Part shown: positions 13,034 to 26,337 of the stretch, one piece after another
How the letters are laid out: every line of letters begins with the position of its first letter
How positions within the stretch are numbered: position 1 is the stretch's first letter
Source: Podarcis vaucheri
Taxonomy: Eukaryota
NCBI GenBank assembly: GCA_965113315.1
Contig: OZ220365.1
Reading direction: 5' to 3' (one strand)
DNA length: 64,000 bases
Translations under genes and position numbers: made by a program
Notes under the pieces: generated by a model
The model's database searches: none
What the model saw: the letters and a program-made list of their open reading frames with translations, nothing else
What the model was told of the DNA's origin: nothing

Positions 13034-13932
13034 TACTCTATATAGGTTGCTTTTGGCCATCATAGAAACCATTGAGATCAGTGGACTTAAGCTAGTAAAG
13101 ACAAGCTTATTTCTGTTCATTCTGGGATGGCTGCTCTGAGGATGAGTTAAGCAGATAAAGCCTATTTTTCATTGCAAATTATATTTAATAGATTTTCACA
13201 TCTGGTTTCCTGAGCCTGAGTGAGCACAGAAGTGAAAAATACTTTTGGCTGTGTGTACACTGAAATTACAACTGCAGTGTAATGGTTTGAGTTTTCACCT
13301 GCTGTCTCAGAACTAATACTTTGTAAGAATTTGAGAATAGTCTTTTTAAAATGAGCAGTATTAATTGATAATAATCTGAAGCTGCCAATAATTATTAAAA
13401 ACTTTATTTTTTATATGGGACAGTGGATGTCACTACTAATGTGAACTACTAAACTATGGTTGTCATAAAGAAGATCTCCCTGCCATGTTTTTAAACATGT
13501 GTCTTAAACGTATAAGCCCAGATTACCCATGAGTTCAGAAGGCTGCAGAAATTGCAGTAGCCCCATACTTCATCTCTCACAGGTTGAGGTGTGGGCTGAC
13601 ATACAGTGTGTCAGTAAGCCAGCATACTAGGATAGTTGGCATATGTGCCTTCACCTGCTGTCACCACTGCCTGGTCAGGTAATGACTTGATTAAAAGAAG
13701 AGAAGGGAGCTGAAGTGGGGAGTTGATGGGGAGGGTTCTTTGGGGACCAAAGAGGGTTGACTGGAAGGAGGAATATTTTCTGAACCTTGGTTTATTTCTG
13801 AATCAATTAAGGCAGTGGCCCACTTGCACATCTCTGCTGTGAACTTCTGTTTGTCTGCTTGCTGTGAGCAAGTAACATAAGCTTCTAGGAGTATGCCTCT
13901 TCCATTGAAACAGACTGCTTTCTTGTGCCATA

Positions 13933-14004
13933 AAGGTAAAGGTAAAGGTACCCCTGCCCGTACGGGCCAGTCGTGTCCGACTCTGGAGTTGCGTGCTCAT
14001 CTCA
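13933..14004 (-). mobile_element. Very short 3' fragment of a Sauria SINE
   Basis: (AAAGGT)3 tail; 12-bp TSD TCTTGTGCCATA at 13921-13932 and 14005-14016. Confidence 0.85.
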
Positions 14005-14292
14005 TCTTGTGCCATAGTTTCAGTGATATCTGTGCTACCCCTTTAACACTGGGGCTGGTCTCTGGGATAACATTATTGCAGATAATGATTCTGTCTCTGT
14101 CTTAAATGGTCACTGGCCTATTAAGCCAAGAAAGCAAATAAAGAAGTACACATATTGCCAATAGTGACTTTGTTTTTTTGTTGCGGCATGTATCCAGTGG
14201 GTAAATGGAGAAAAGGTTGGTTAAATACCCTTTGATTAATGAGGATCTTTAGAAGCAGCTGAAATAAGAACTTTTTAGTACTCCTTTTTATA

Positions 14293-14520
14293 CAGTGGTA
14301 CCTCGGGTTACATACGCTTCAGGTTACATGCACTTCAGGTTACAGACTCCGCTAAGCCAGAAATAGTACCTCGGGTTAAGAACTTTGCTTCAGGATGAGA
14401 ACAGAAATCGTTCTCCGGTGGCGCGGAGGCCCCATTAGCTAAAGTGGTGCTTCAGGTTAGGAACAGTTTCAGGTTAAGAACCTCCAGAACGAATTATGTT
14501 CTTAACCCAAGGTACCACTG
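14293..14520. mobile_element. Tc1/mariner MITE
   Basis: Same family as 12792-13033; TIRs and TA TSD intact. Confidence 0.88.
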
Positions 14521-17500
14521 TATGCCTATTTTAAACTTTTAAAATTCTATACTATTGTGAAAGAAATGAAGTTATTTAGTTATAATGAATTTATTATTAT
14601 ATAAATTAAATACCAATATTGTATTTGATACCTTAACACTGTAAAAACAGCATAACTTTTAGTACTAAGTAGCATTCAACTAAATAATTCCACAAGCGGA
14701 ATGAGTTCCATTTGTGCAAAGGGACTTAACTCCTCCTTACATCCCATGCCATTCCCAAATCTGCTCTCGAGTGCTGGGGTAACCCCCAAAACAGATTTAG
14801 GGAATACACAGGTGAGAAGAGAGAGGGTGAACATTCCCTTGTGCAAGGAGAATCCTTGCTTTCATGGAACACTCCCCTTAGTGCTACTTTGAATACAACC
14901 CGTTGAATTGTGTTTTTAAAAATAAGTGTATGTTCATTGACCATCATGGGGTTTCAGATCAAGTACCAGTTTGGCTTGTACACAAGGCAGATACTATTGC
15001 ATTGACCACATTAATAATTAAACTGTCTTGACATGCAGTAAGATAAATATATAGTTTCATACACTATTGGAGCAATTGAACAGTCAACACTTTATGTAAG
15101 TAAAAAAAGAAGTTTATAATTTTTTTTAAAGCAATTACCCTTCCTTAAAATTAAAGGTATTTGTTTTGGTTTAATGCTTGTGATACTGCTACTCTTCAAA
15201 AATACTTTCCCAGTATGTTTGAAATTACTTTTGGAAAGAGATAAAAACAAATTTAAATATACAACATATGTTGATTTTTGTGACAAAGAAAACAAAAGTC
15301 CTAATATAATGACATTTAATTTATGGTAAGCTGCCAAATACTAATTTTGTTAGCGTAATTTATAACCTTTGAATTCATTGCTAGTATTTACAGTACATTA
15401 CAATATTAATTTCAGTGAATTTCTTTCACCTGTTATTGAAATATAATAATGTTCCTTGAATTACTTTAGTTCATTAGATAGAATTTACATTCTTTTTGTC
15501 ATTGTGCATCTGCTATGTTGAATAAAACTGTTCAGCCTCATAAAAACAGTTCTAAGATAGTCTTTACAAAATCTGTTGTATTTTGAAAGTTGTAATACTT
15601 TTCAAGAAGCAATTAATATTATTGTGGGTCATTAATTAGGATATAACATTAGCAATATTTTTAATGGAGTGCATCCTCTGCATAATTGTGTTAAATTCCT
15701 TATATTTAATTTTATGAGAGTTACTATTACTATCTGTCCGTAAAATAATTGTGCTTAATAGTTAATTTAAGAGAATTAAATGCTTAATGTTAAATAGTGG
15801 AATGCAAACAGCATAGTATACTGTACTGTACATAATCCCTCATGGGGTTATAGAAATGCTGGTTACAGGTTTAAGAAAACTATCAGAATAGTCATGTCTT
15901 TCACATGTGATAAAATCAGGCTGCTTATAGTCCTAAAGATGGGTTCATGTATGCAAATTGATACAAGATAGATAATTCCAAATACTTGCATTTGGTGTTA
16001 AGGTAGATGAATAATTAATTAGTCTAGCTGAAGCTAAGGTATCATTCTTTCGTAAGGTATTAATTGCTGTATTCTCTTAACCTCAGAAAATGACCTTAGA
16101 TCTATAATTGATATTATCATATTAAACACTAAATTTAACATTAAGCTAATAAGCAAACCAGCTATGCTCTGTGGCTGAAAAAAGTGTTATCCTATTGGGA
16201 CAGTGCCCTTGCAGAAGAACTATACAGGCAGGAGTAACTTCTGCAATAAAATGGGGCTAGTTTTGTTTTAATTGATTATTTCTGTGCTGTGGCATTATAG
16301 TCCGTCAAAGTAAATAGGGGCAAATGAAACACTGCATGCTTGAAGGCATTGTCCACAACTTGATAAAAAGTCTATTGAAACAGCAAGTATTTTTCATAAA
16401 TTTGATGCAGCATTTAAAGCAAGGCATTGTTAACAATTTAGAGATGAAAACAGGGCTGCATGCCAGTGGCAGGCATAGCTAAAGTGAATGTAGAAGTACT
16501 CAAGTTGGTGTGGCCACCCCAGATTCACAGTCTCTTGCAGTCACAGACTTGCAGACATACAAAAATGCATGCAAATCCCTCTATAGTGGTTGCTCTGTAC
16601 TACAAGCACTAATCCGTAATGAAACTTCATACAATAAAATTAGAATTGTATGTCTAGACCCTTGGAAGACTAAACGTTAGAACTTCAGAGGGTTTTGGAT
16701 CGCCACTAGTCAATCTGGAGGCAAGCAAAGAGAACAGGAAGCTGGAGTGAGAAAGCAGTGGCTTCAAAACCAGGTCCAGGTTACTGACAGGTGTGGGATC
16801 CAATCAACACATTAAACATGCACTAGCTGTCAATTTGTTACCTGACCAAGTCAAAGATTTTACTATATATCTGTAGTGGACATTAGAAAGCATGTGTTGA
16901 ATTCATTCCCAGTAACAAGTTCCACATAGATATCCATGTGTGGTAACTGTTTATTTGCAGCAAAAAAAAAAAAAAATCCTGGTTATAATCCAAAAGGATG
17001 TGATTTTAAACTTTGATTTAAACATTATGTTCATTAATGGGTCACATTGCTTTTATGAAATACAAAAGTAAACACAATTCATAAAAGTAGACATAAAATT
17101 GCTGTCGTATTCAGCCAAAGCCATGTAGATTTCACAATTGGCAGGATGGGGATATATACACACATTGGTCTTGACAGTAGATCTGTGATTGATTACTTGA
17201 TTGAAAGTAGGCTGAAAAATTATATTGTAATGAAAATGATGGCAATTAATATTTATTTATTAAGGGTTTTTATTTTATTCTTTTAACTCTACAAGGCAAA
17301 TATATAAACAATATGATAATATAATAAATGTTAGTAAATAACTTAAAGAGCAAATAAATGAAACAAGGTAAAAGAGTTAAATAAAACATTCAAAGCACCA
17401 GCAGTTGAATTCTATTCTATGAACTCTGTTGAGCCTAAAATAAAACCATGTTGGCCTGATGCCTAAAAACTAACAAAAAAGAAGCAAAGCAACTTCCCTG

Positions 17501-17715
17501 GGTATGGAGTTCTACAGACTTGTTACCACCACTGAAAAGGCAGTGTGCCCATGTAACCACTTGAATGAAGGGGAATATGAAACTAGGCCTCTTGTTTCAT
17601 CTTCTCCCTATTATGTACTTGCATGGAAGTTTGGGTCTGGGTGTGATTTACTAACAATCTAGTTTAATGAAATGTGTTGGCTTTCCATTCTGGTCATTGT
17701 TTGTGTTTTTTCTAG

Positions 17716-17880
17716 TATCTCCTGAGGCAGTTGGATTTCTGTCAGCAGTTGGACTGTTTATTATCCTGTTGTTGATTCTTTTTCTATATATTAACAAGAA
17801 GATGTGTTTTGAGAATGTTGGAGGTTTCCCAGACCTCAATTCACGATACAATGCCAGAAAAAATTCACAGGACAAACTTT
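17716..17880 (+). CDS. SYT14: SYT14 exon 3, transmembrane segment (VSPEAVGFLSAVGLFIILLLILFLYINKKMCFENVGGFPDLNSRYNARKNSQDKL)
   Basis: Acceptor ttgtgttttttctag|, donor CTTT|gtaagt; 165 nt, phase 1-1. Hydrophobic helix followed by KK; lies inside ORF 17667..17936. Confidence 0.96.
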
Positions 17881-18902
17881 GTAAGTATCAAATTCTATGG
17901 TCTATGGCTTTGAAAGACTGCAAACCCCTGGTGTAATATCATATGAATAATGTTATGTAGGCATAAAAGTTTGACTTGAATAAAATAAATATCTGATATA
18001 GTCCAAAATACTTTTACTAATCCATCTGTAGTGCTTAGTCAGAATTTAATGGCTTTGGGGTCTGTTGAATGTTTTGTAAGGGGTTGACATTTTAGATAGT
18101 GGAAAGAAACAAATGGTTTTATATTTCCCAAATATGCTTAATAAGAATAATTAGATCACAGCTTTTATATACCAGGAAACCATATTTTCTCAATTATGAG
18201 GGACAAAATCTTAGATATTTCTGAAGTGGTAGGACAAACCTCTTTTATTTGCAGTGTATCATTCATTAAAAGTTAGAGGGAAAACACACAATAATCATAT
18301 TTGAACTGAATTATATTCCATGACCGCAGTTCAACATAGAATTTAGACTGCATAAACTTGTTGATTTTACTGGGGTTGTATGCTTATATTTGTACAGAAT
18401 TTGTACAGACTGTTGGCCATGGGTACAGAATTATTGTGGTCTGGGTGAATACAATGTTAAGAATGTAGTCCAGTGTTAAGAATTATGTTTTATGGTTTCT
18501 TAATAACCGATACAATGTGGGGTATATGCTAGTGTTTTGAAACAATGTAGTATATCTGTCTTTATAATATATTATTTAAATACGTTTAAACTTTTTCTTT
18601 GCAGGTGTAGAGTAAATTCAACAATTTACATATAATATTTAAAATGTCTGGTTATGTTATACAATACAACATACAACACAACATAAAAAACAGAATAGAT
18701 TTTTATCAATTGATTTTGGCTTTGTGTAGTAGAAAACACTTGCTCCTATTTATTGCTTTTAAGGTAACAGAATTCAGAGAATGACTAATCTGCAGAGTCC
18801 ACAATTTAAAGGATAGGGTTTAGGATACTTGAAAAAAATACAATAGCAGTGCATTTGAGGAATAACATATTTTCAAAGCAATAATGTACTAACAATCAAA
18901 AC

Positions 18903-19587
18903 ATGGCATTTTTCAAAAATTTTCAACAAAATCTGAGCCTTCCTTCTATGTCTTCTCTGGTTGACACACTCAGTAATGCTGTAGATGATCTAACCAGTGC
19001 TGTTGGAGATGTCAGCTATACAGTAGCTGACTCAGTTACAGAACAGGTAACAAGTATGATCAACAGCCTTCGGACAGATGATACTGCTACCGCCCAAGAA
19101 GATAAATCTATAGTAGATAAAGAGGAAAATAAAGAGAAAGAAGACTTGAAAAATGTTACCTTTCCAAAAGATACTAGGCAGAACTGCAAGACATATAGAA
19201 CAGATGAGTCCCTTAATAAAGAACTAAATCAAGAATTGCATGCTGAGGTAGAACAAAATGAGGGCCCGTTGCATAAAAAAGCAAAACAAAAATCACCAGG
19301 ACTTGACTTCAAAAACACCAGAGAAGTGCACAGTTTTGATTCCAGGAATTCAGAAAAAAATGAAGAGCAAACTCCAAAATTGCAGAAGTTAAAGTCTAAA
19401 AAAGCTCATGGGGTTCATGATGTAAAAGAAAAGAAATGCAAACCATTTTCGGATGGCCACAGACAGTCTGTAACAAAGCAGGAAGAAAATGCACCATCTA
19501 TTCTTTCAAAAGAAAGTAAAAAGGAAAAGGCTAAGCAATCAGAATGTTTTTCAAAAGAAGTGAGTAGTAAGAAGACACCAGAAAAAG
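18903..19587 (+). CDS. SYT14: Candidate alternative first coding exon of SYT14 (TM-less isoform, MAFFKNFQQNLSLPSMSSLVDTLSNAVDD...KKTPEK)
   Basis: 228 open codons in an AT-rich intron; strong Kozak aaacATGG; strong donor AAG|GTGAGG in phase 1 joining exon 4 in frame (G+AC = Asp); no transposon similarity noticed. Confidence 0.75.
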
Positions 19588-20755
19588 GTGAGGTGTCTTA
19601 TATCATACTTTATCCATGTGGCCTTTCCTGGATCTTTTACTACATACTTCTTTTCCCAACTGCTTTTTTAGATTTCATTCATAATGATCTTTAAAACAGT
19701 CTCCTTAGTAGAAACTCTTTGTGATATGTATATTATTTTCTCTGAAATTTGCTTTATCTAATTTTATTCATACTCCTTGAAAACTGGTTACATATTTTCT
19801 TTCCTGATTAATGCTACTAACTTTTGAATAGTGATTAATCAACTTTTTTAAAAAAAATATCTTTCTGTTCCCTTAAATTTTGCTACATTTTTCAACGGTT
19901 TGCACTGGATAACAAGAATATTTTGTACATGATTCTTGAATTCTATATTTATATGTGTTTATTTGCCTGGTGCTTCAGGACATAGTGTGCAGATGTTGTT
20001 TTATTATAAGAAATAATATCTGGGAACCTAACATATTATAAGCTACATATAGCTTTTCATGAGGGGTAATACTAAAAGTGAGAAAACTAACATACAAATC
20101 ATGAAGTAGTAATGCAACAAGTCTAATATATATATATCTAAAATAAATAAATATAATTGAAAATATATTTTCTCTAAAATCAGTCAATGCATAAATTATA
20201 AAATAGGCTATTTCACATCTCTAATAATGGAAGGAAAACAAACATTTAAAGCCATTGCTAGCGAAACCATGAAGGTATCCCAAACTTTGCAGTTATACAC
20301 AAAAACAAATGCTGACATAAATGTATCTATCTAACAAGAAGGATAAACCCCCTATATCAAGTTACAAAAGAGCTTTCTGAATCCACTAAGGGTGATAGGG
20401 CAAAGAGGGAAGACAAAACAAAATGAAATGCATGGGGGGGGGGACTTCCCCATGGGCAGCAGTAAAAAGCATGTATTTAGGAAACAACCTTGGTTCATCC
20501 CTTTAAAAGCCTGATTATTTCAGGCTAAAATAAATATTTCCAGGAATAACAGAAACAAAAAATAATTATGTTAGGGATAATACATTTATTGTGAAGTTTG
20601 AGCTCTTGCCTAAACTGGGTTAAAATGTGAACTATATTACCTTCTGTTTAGGAAAAAAAATGTATTAACAATTAAATGTTTACCCATTATAATTTTAGCA
20701 CTCTCCTTTATGGTGCCATCTGTTATCATTCCCCCCTCCTTTTTTTCCAAAATAG

Positions 20756-20974
20756 ACAACTCATACATAAATAAAGATCAGCATGGTTCATCATCTGAAA
20801 GTGAAGATGAGGCACTGGGTAAATATCACGAAGCCTTATCCAGAACACAAAGTTCAAGGCCACCAGCAGGCGATAACAGACAACAGAAAAACTATATTTG
20901 GGAAACCAGACAAAAATATAGCCCTCTGTCTGCAGAGTATGATGGGTACAGTAGTGAAGCCTCAATAGATGAAG
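20756..20974 (+). CDS. SYT14: SYT14 exon 4, linker (YNSYINKDQHGSSSESEDEALGKYHEALSRTQ...SSEASIDE)
   Basis: Polypyrimidine tract then aatag|, donor GAAG|gtatga; 219 nt, phase 1-1. Recognisable SYT14 sequence inside ORF 20710..21093. Confidence 0.96.
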
Positions 20975-21308
20975 GTATGACATTATTTACAATGGTTTTT
21001 ACTTCATCTTATTTCACATTCATCAAAAAACACCATAGGATAAAGATACAGCGGTTGCAAGATATTATCTGTAAAGGTGCCAGTAAAATCTAAAACCCTG
21101 ATTGAAATAGTTAGGGATTTAGGGGGAAAGACTGGATTTCTTTTATTGATCTTTTACCTTCTGAGTGCTTAGAGCTTTCCAAGCATTTCACCTATATTCA
21201 TATGGGAAACGTTTAACAAAAAGCGTAGCAGTTTACAATTTATTGTTATGTATGGAAAAGTTTGTAAACATTTCCTGATAATAAACTGCCTTTGGTATAT
21301 GGTGGTTT

Positions 21309-21470
21309 TAGGGTGACTAGATGAAAAAGACAGGGCTCTGTGCCTTTAATAGCTATGTAAAAGAGGGGTTTTCAGCATGTGTTACTTGTCATACAAGCAA
21401 CACCATTCCAAATTTACCTCCTCTATGCAGGTCTTAAAGGTGCGCTCCTCTTTTTCATCTGGTCACCCTG
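21309..21470. mobile_element. Palindromic hAT-like MITE
   Basis: Termini TAGGGTGACTAGATGAAAAAGA / TCTTTTTCATCTGGTCACCCTG. Confidence 0.6.
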
Positions 21471-23311
21471 GTTTGCACTGACTCTGTTTATAAATGAGAT
21501 TGTTAAGAAATCACTGTTGTTGTGAGCTAAAGGTACATGTTCTAGCCCTATTATATTCTTACTGGGATACCAGATAAGACATCCTCTGAGACTTCTATAC
21601 CAGCTGGATGATAGAAAACTCACGTTTGAGAACTCTGGTGATGATCTGGTTCAGTTGTGTAACCATAGCTGAATTTATTTAGAGTTTTACATATATGTGT
21701 CAGTTTATTTAAGGACCTGTTCTGAGACAGAAAAAAAGTTAGTTGGGTAAATTAGGAAGAAACACATAATACTGATGACCTGTTGGCACATAATGTATGT
21801 AAATCACCTTGGAAGATGATTCATAAATGTATTCATCATCATTACCATACTTTAATGTCCAAGGGAGTGCCCAAAGTGTCTAAGGTACCATACTATGTGT
21901 GGCGCTTATCTTTTCTGCCTTAGATGACTTCTAATAAGGTAGTGGAATTCTGGTGTGTGCTCAGAGTTTGGGTCAGGGAATCATCATCAAGTGATTCATC
22001 ATCAACAACAGACATATAATTTTGGATTGGGGACTAGTTAAAAGGGAGATAGAATCTGTCTCTGAGATAATAAAAGTAGGGCATAACTTTATTTGAATAG
22101 TTTGTTGTTTTGTCTTTCATCTGAAAGTCTCAGCTTCTCAACCAATTATGTTGTACATCCACTGTTGGATGAAATATATATTTGACTGCCAGTTGCTGAG
22201 AATCACTAGTAGGAATAGTGTGATTGTCCTCAGGTGTTTCTTGCAGGCTTCCCATAGGCATCTGGTTGGCCACTGTGAGAACAGGATGGATCACATGGGT
22301 CACTGGCTCATCCAAAAGGCTTTTTCTTATATTAATTAATATTTCCTGCTGCATTAGGGCATATTGTGTCAACTACTAATTAATGAACTGTTTTCATAAG
22401 TTATTTTTTTTGGTAAATCCAAATTTCCCTAACAAAGCGTCTTACCAACTTTGGCCTTTCCAAAAACTAGAAAATGTTTGGGTGATGTTAACGAAATGCT
22501 TTTTCTTTCCACCTTTGAGATAGTTCCTTCTGCTTTTTCTTAAGTAACTTAAGTGTTTTGCGACCCTTTGGGGCAGGCCTTACTTCTTCCCTTTCTAAAG
22601 TGGCAAATAAGTTTAGGCTCATTTTTCATCATAGTATAATAGTGGCAAGTCTTTAGTCAGCTTGAAAGGAGTCTTTGGGAAACGATCAGCATCCTAGTCT
22701 TACGTTCTTATAGGTAACAATACAGTCCATGTCCTCAGGCTTCCAGTCTAAAAGATACAATAAAAAATAAAAAAATAGATTGATGTAGAAGAGGGGGGAA
22801 AGCAAACCCAGGCACTATTGGTTAATTACAAAGAGTTCAAGGAAAAGAGGGATCCAAAGTTGCTGCCAATGGAGTGACTTGCTTCTTTCTGCTGTCACCT
22901 GATGTGATGGCTTCTGCCCATTGACAGTTGATTGGGGGAGGAGCCTGGTTATTTCTCTACAGACTGATGGTGACACTGCTTCCCTCATCTCCCTTTGATG
23001 TAGCCTCACTTTTAGGTAGATCATTGTCTTATGTTCAGTCAAGTTCCTAGCATGCTTTAATGATCTTATGACTATCATTGATCCTATTAGAATTTTAGCA
23101 GATTTTGACATGATGAAGTGTTGGTGCTATGGCTGGAATCCTTATGATTTTTCTTAAGACACTGAAATAGGACATTGCTGAGTTGATCTGCTCGTTCCTG
23201 GAAGAGCAAGGATGAATGCCTGCTCATTACCTCTCTGGCTTCATGTGAAGTTCTCTAACGTTTCATAGTATTTCCTCTTTCCCTCACACTTGCCTATTCA
23301 CTATATAGAGT

Positions 23312-23631
23312 CAGGGTTAGCAAACTTTTTCAGCAGGGGGCTGGTCCACTGTCCCTCAGATCTTGTGGGGGCCGGACTATACTTTGGGGAGGGAAAATGA
23401 ATGAATTCTTATGCCCCACAAATAACCCAGAGATGCGTTTCAAATAAAAGCACACATTCTACTTATGTCAAAACACCAGGCAGGCCCCACAAATATCCCA
23501 GAGATGCATTTTAAATAAAAGGACACATTCTACTCATGTAAAAACACACTGATTCCCGAACTGTCCACAGGTCGGATTTAGAAGGCGATTGGGCCGGATC
23601 CGGCCCCTGGGCCTTAGTTTGCTTACCCATG
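23312..23631 (+). mobile_element. hAT-family MITE
   Basis: CAGGGTTAGCAAACT...AGTTTGCTTACCCATG; 8-bp ATATAGAG on both flanks; same family as 48635 and 62668. Confidence 0.85.
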
Positions 23632-24520
23632 ATATAGAGGCTGTATTGAAATATATGGCAATTTGTAGTTAGAAGTAATTGATATGCAAATGACTATCAC
23701 CTATCCTTCTCATCCGTGTAAGATTCTAGGCTTACCGGATGCTTGACTATTGCAAAAACTGGACGTGAACCATGCAAACTGGTGTATTTACGATCAGCAG
23801 GCTTTGTGTCTAGTAAATGTGAGTGGGAGGGATTTGTAGTTCTTTCTAGATCTGATGGTATATTTGCACATTAGATTGTGTAAGGCATAGTGCAGGAATA
23901 CTGGTGAGTGACCAGGAAATTCTCTAAAATAATAATCAAAGTGTTGGCTCATGGGGACAATACAACCTGCCATGCCCTTCTTCTGACAATCCACCACTCT
24001 GATCTTTCTTCTGTAGTATCAAATGTACTGAATGAAAACATTTCTGATTCAACTCTATGTAGCTATTCTATCCCTCTAAGTCATACTCCAAGTAGACACT
24101 GAAACCAATGGACTGATTTCATAATGACTAACGTGTCATTCATTTCAGTAGGTTTACTCCAAGTATTAGTTAGTCAGGTAGAGTAAATTAAGATTTACAT
24201 TTGTGTTACTGGAAGCAACACAGCACTAGGCTTGTAAATAGCCAGTCACTTTCTCAATAGGAGTGAGTCAGAATTGCCATAGGTCTTCATCCGATAGGGT
24301 GCAGCCTAATGGGTTGCAGCCTGATTCAAAGTAGGTCGCAACAGGAGTACTACCACCATACAAATATATGGTAAAAGATTAAGAAAATATTAAGAAATGG
24401 GTCCTTAAATGCATGTTTGGGTTACAAGTCGATCCTTAGTCTGAAAGGTTTGAAGACACCTGCTCTAGGTGACCTAGTAGGACAACTTTTGCTAATAGAA
24501 ATGGAGCTGGCTCTCTAGGA

Positions 24521-24660
24521 CAGGGAAGGGGAACCTGTGGCCTCCAGATATTTTGTGTACTCCAACTCCCACCAGTCCCAGCCAGCATAGCCAAATGACA
24601 GGGGTGATGGGACTTGCAACATAGCATAACATCTGGAGGGCCAGGAGTTTCTCATCCCTG
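24521..24660. mobile_element. Short palindromic hAT-like MITE
   Basis: CAGGGA...GGCCTCCAGAT / ATCTGGAGGGCC...TCCCTG; related to 50720-50858 and 52795-52930. Confidence 0.6.
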
Positions 24661-24703
24661 TTATCTTCCCCACTCTTTATGGTTCTAGCAACATACCTCT
24701 TGA

Positions 24704-25768
24704 TTGTTGTTGTTTAGTTGTGTCCGACTCTTCCACTGCCTCCCACATCTTGGTCAAACGCATGTTCGTAGCTTCGAGAACACTGTGCAACCATCTTGTC
24801 CTCTGTTGTCCCCTTCTCCTTGTGCTCTCCATCTTTCCCAACGTCATGGTCTTTTCCAGGGAGTCTTCGCTTCTCATGAGGTGGCCAAAGTATTGGAGCC
24901 TCAGCTTCACGATCTGTCCTTCCAGTGAGCACTCAGGGCTGATCTCCTTAAGAATGGCTAGGTTTGATCTTCTTGCAGTACATGGGACTCTCAAGAGTCT
25001 CCTCCAGCACCATAATTCAAAAACATTGATTCTTCGGCGATCAGCCTTCTTTATGGTCCAGCTCTCACATCCATACATCACTACTGGGAAAACCATAGCT
25101 TTTACTATGCGGACCTTTGTTGGCAAAGTGATGTCTCTGCTTTTTAACATGCTGTCTAGGTTTGTCATTGCTTTTCTCCCAAGAAGCAGGCGTCTTTTAA
25201 TTTCATGGCTGCTGTCACCATCTGCAGTGATCATGGAGCCCGAGAAAGTAAAATCTCTCACTGCCTCCATTTCTTCGCCTTCTATTTGCCAGGAGGTGAT
25301 GGGACCAGTGGCCATGGTCTTCGTTTTTTTGATGTTGAGCTTCAGACCATATTTTGCTCTCTCCTCTTTCACCCTCATTAAAAGGTTCATTAATTCCTCC
25401 TCACTTTCTGCCATCAAGGTTGTGTCATCTGCATATCTGAGGTTGTTGATATTTCTTCCGGCAATCTTAATTCCGGCTTGGGGTTCATCCAACCCGGCCT
25501 TTCACACGATGAATTCTGCATATAAGTTAAATAAACAAGGAGACAATATATAGCCTTGTCGTACTCCTTTCCCAATTTTGAACCAATCAGTTGTTCCATA
25601 TCCAGTTCTAATTGTAGCTTCTTGTCCCACATACAGATTTCTCAGGAGAAAGATGAGGTGATGAGGCAGTCCCATTTCTTTAAGAACTTGCCATAGTTTG
25701 CTGTGGTCGACACAGTCAAAGGCTTTTGCATAATCAATGAAATAGAAGTAGATGTTTTTCTGGAACTC
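24704..25768 (-). mobile_element. BovB (RTE clade) LINE, 5'-truncated
   Basis: ORF 24677..25492 with NNLRYADDTTL, HEIKRRLLLGRKAM and KLRLQYFGHLMR; (CAA)n tail. Confidence 0.95.
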
Positions 25769-25977
25769 ACACTAAAAATTGGCTCACACTATCAGTCTAT
25801 TGCTTGTGCAATGTAATTTCAGAAATCTGAACTCACATGTGATCTCAGCATTTCAGTCAAAACAAAAAAGGAGTCATGATCTTACATGACTTTGCAGCTT
25901 AATGTTAACAGTGCTGAAGTACATGGACCATTTAAACACAAGTTGTCTGTCAGGGTATTGTTATACTGACTCTTATA

Positions 25978-26337
25978 CAGTGGTGCCCCGCAAGACGAAT
26001 GCCTCGTGAGACGGAAAACCTGCTAGACAAAAGGGTTTTCCGTTTTTGAGCTGCTTCGCAAGACGATTTTCCCTATGGGCTTGCTTTGCAAGACGAAAAC
26101 GTCTTGCGAGTATTCCGATTTTTTTCGCTCCCCCCCTTTTCTAAGCCGCTAAGCCGCTAATAGCCTTTTAGCCGCTAATCCGCTAAGCCTTTAATAGCCT
26201 CTAAGCCTTTAATAGCCGCTAAGCCTTCAATAGCGCTAATCCGCTATGCCGCTAATAGGGTTGCTTTGCAAGACGAAAAAACCGCTAGACGAAGAGACTC
26301 GTGGAATGGATTAATTTCGTCTTGCGAGGCACCACTG
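25978..26337. mobile_element. Tc1/mariner MITE with internal (AAGCCGCT/AATAGCC)n minisatellite
   Basis: TIRs CAGTGGTGCCCCGCAAGACGAA / TTCGTCTTGCGAGGCACCACTG, TA TSD. Confidence 0.88.

Noticed and set aside
19588-19694. Hydrophobic C-terminal tail of ORF 18903..19694 (VSYIILYPCGLSWIFYYILLF) as a real TM segment
   Set aside because: It lies past a strong splice donor in T-rich intron sequence and is best explained as intronic read-through; intron retention cannot be formally excluded.
24720-25553. 277-aa plus-strand ORF, and similar ORFs at 35271..35654 and 60462..61010
   Set aside because: Antisense shadow frames of the BovB reverse transcriptase, not independent genes.
26140-26260. Short tandem repeats resembling a CRISPR-like or telomeric array
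   Set aside because: No unique spacers; it is an internal minisatellite of a mariner MITE in a vertebrate intron.
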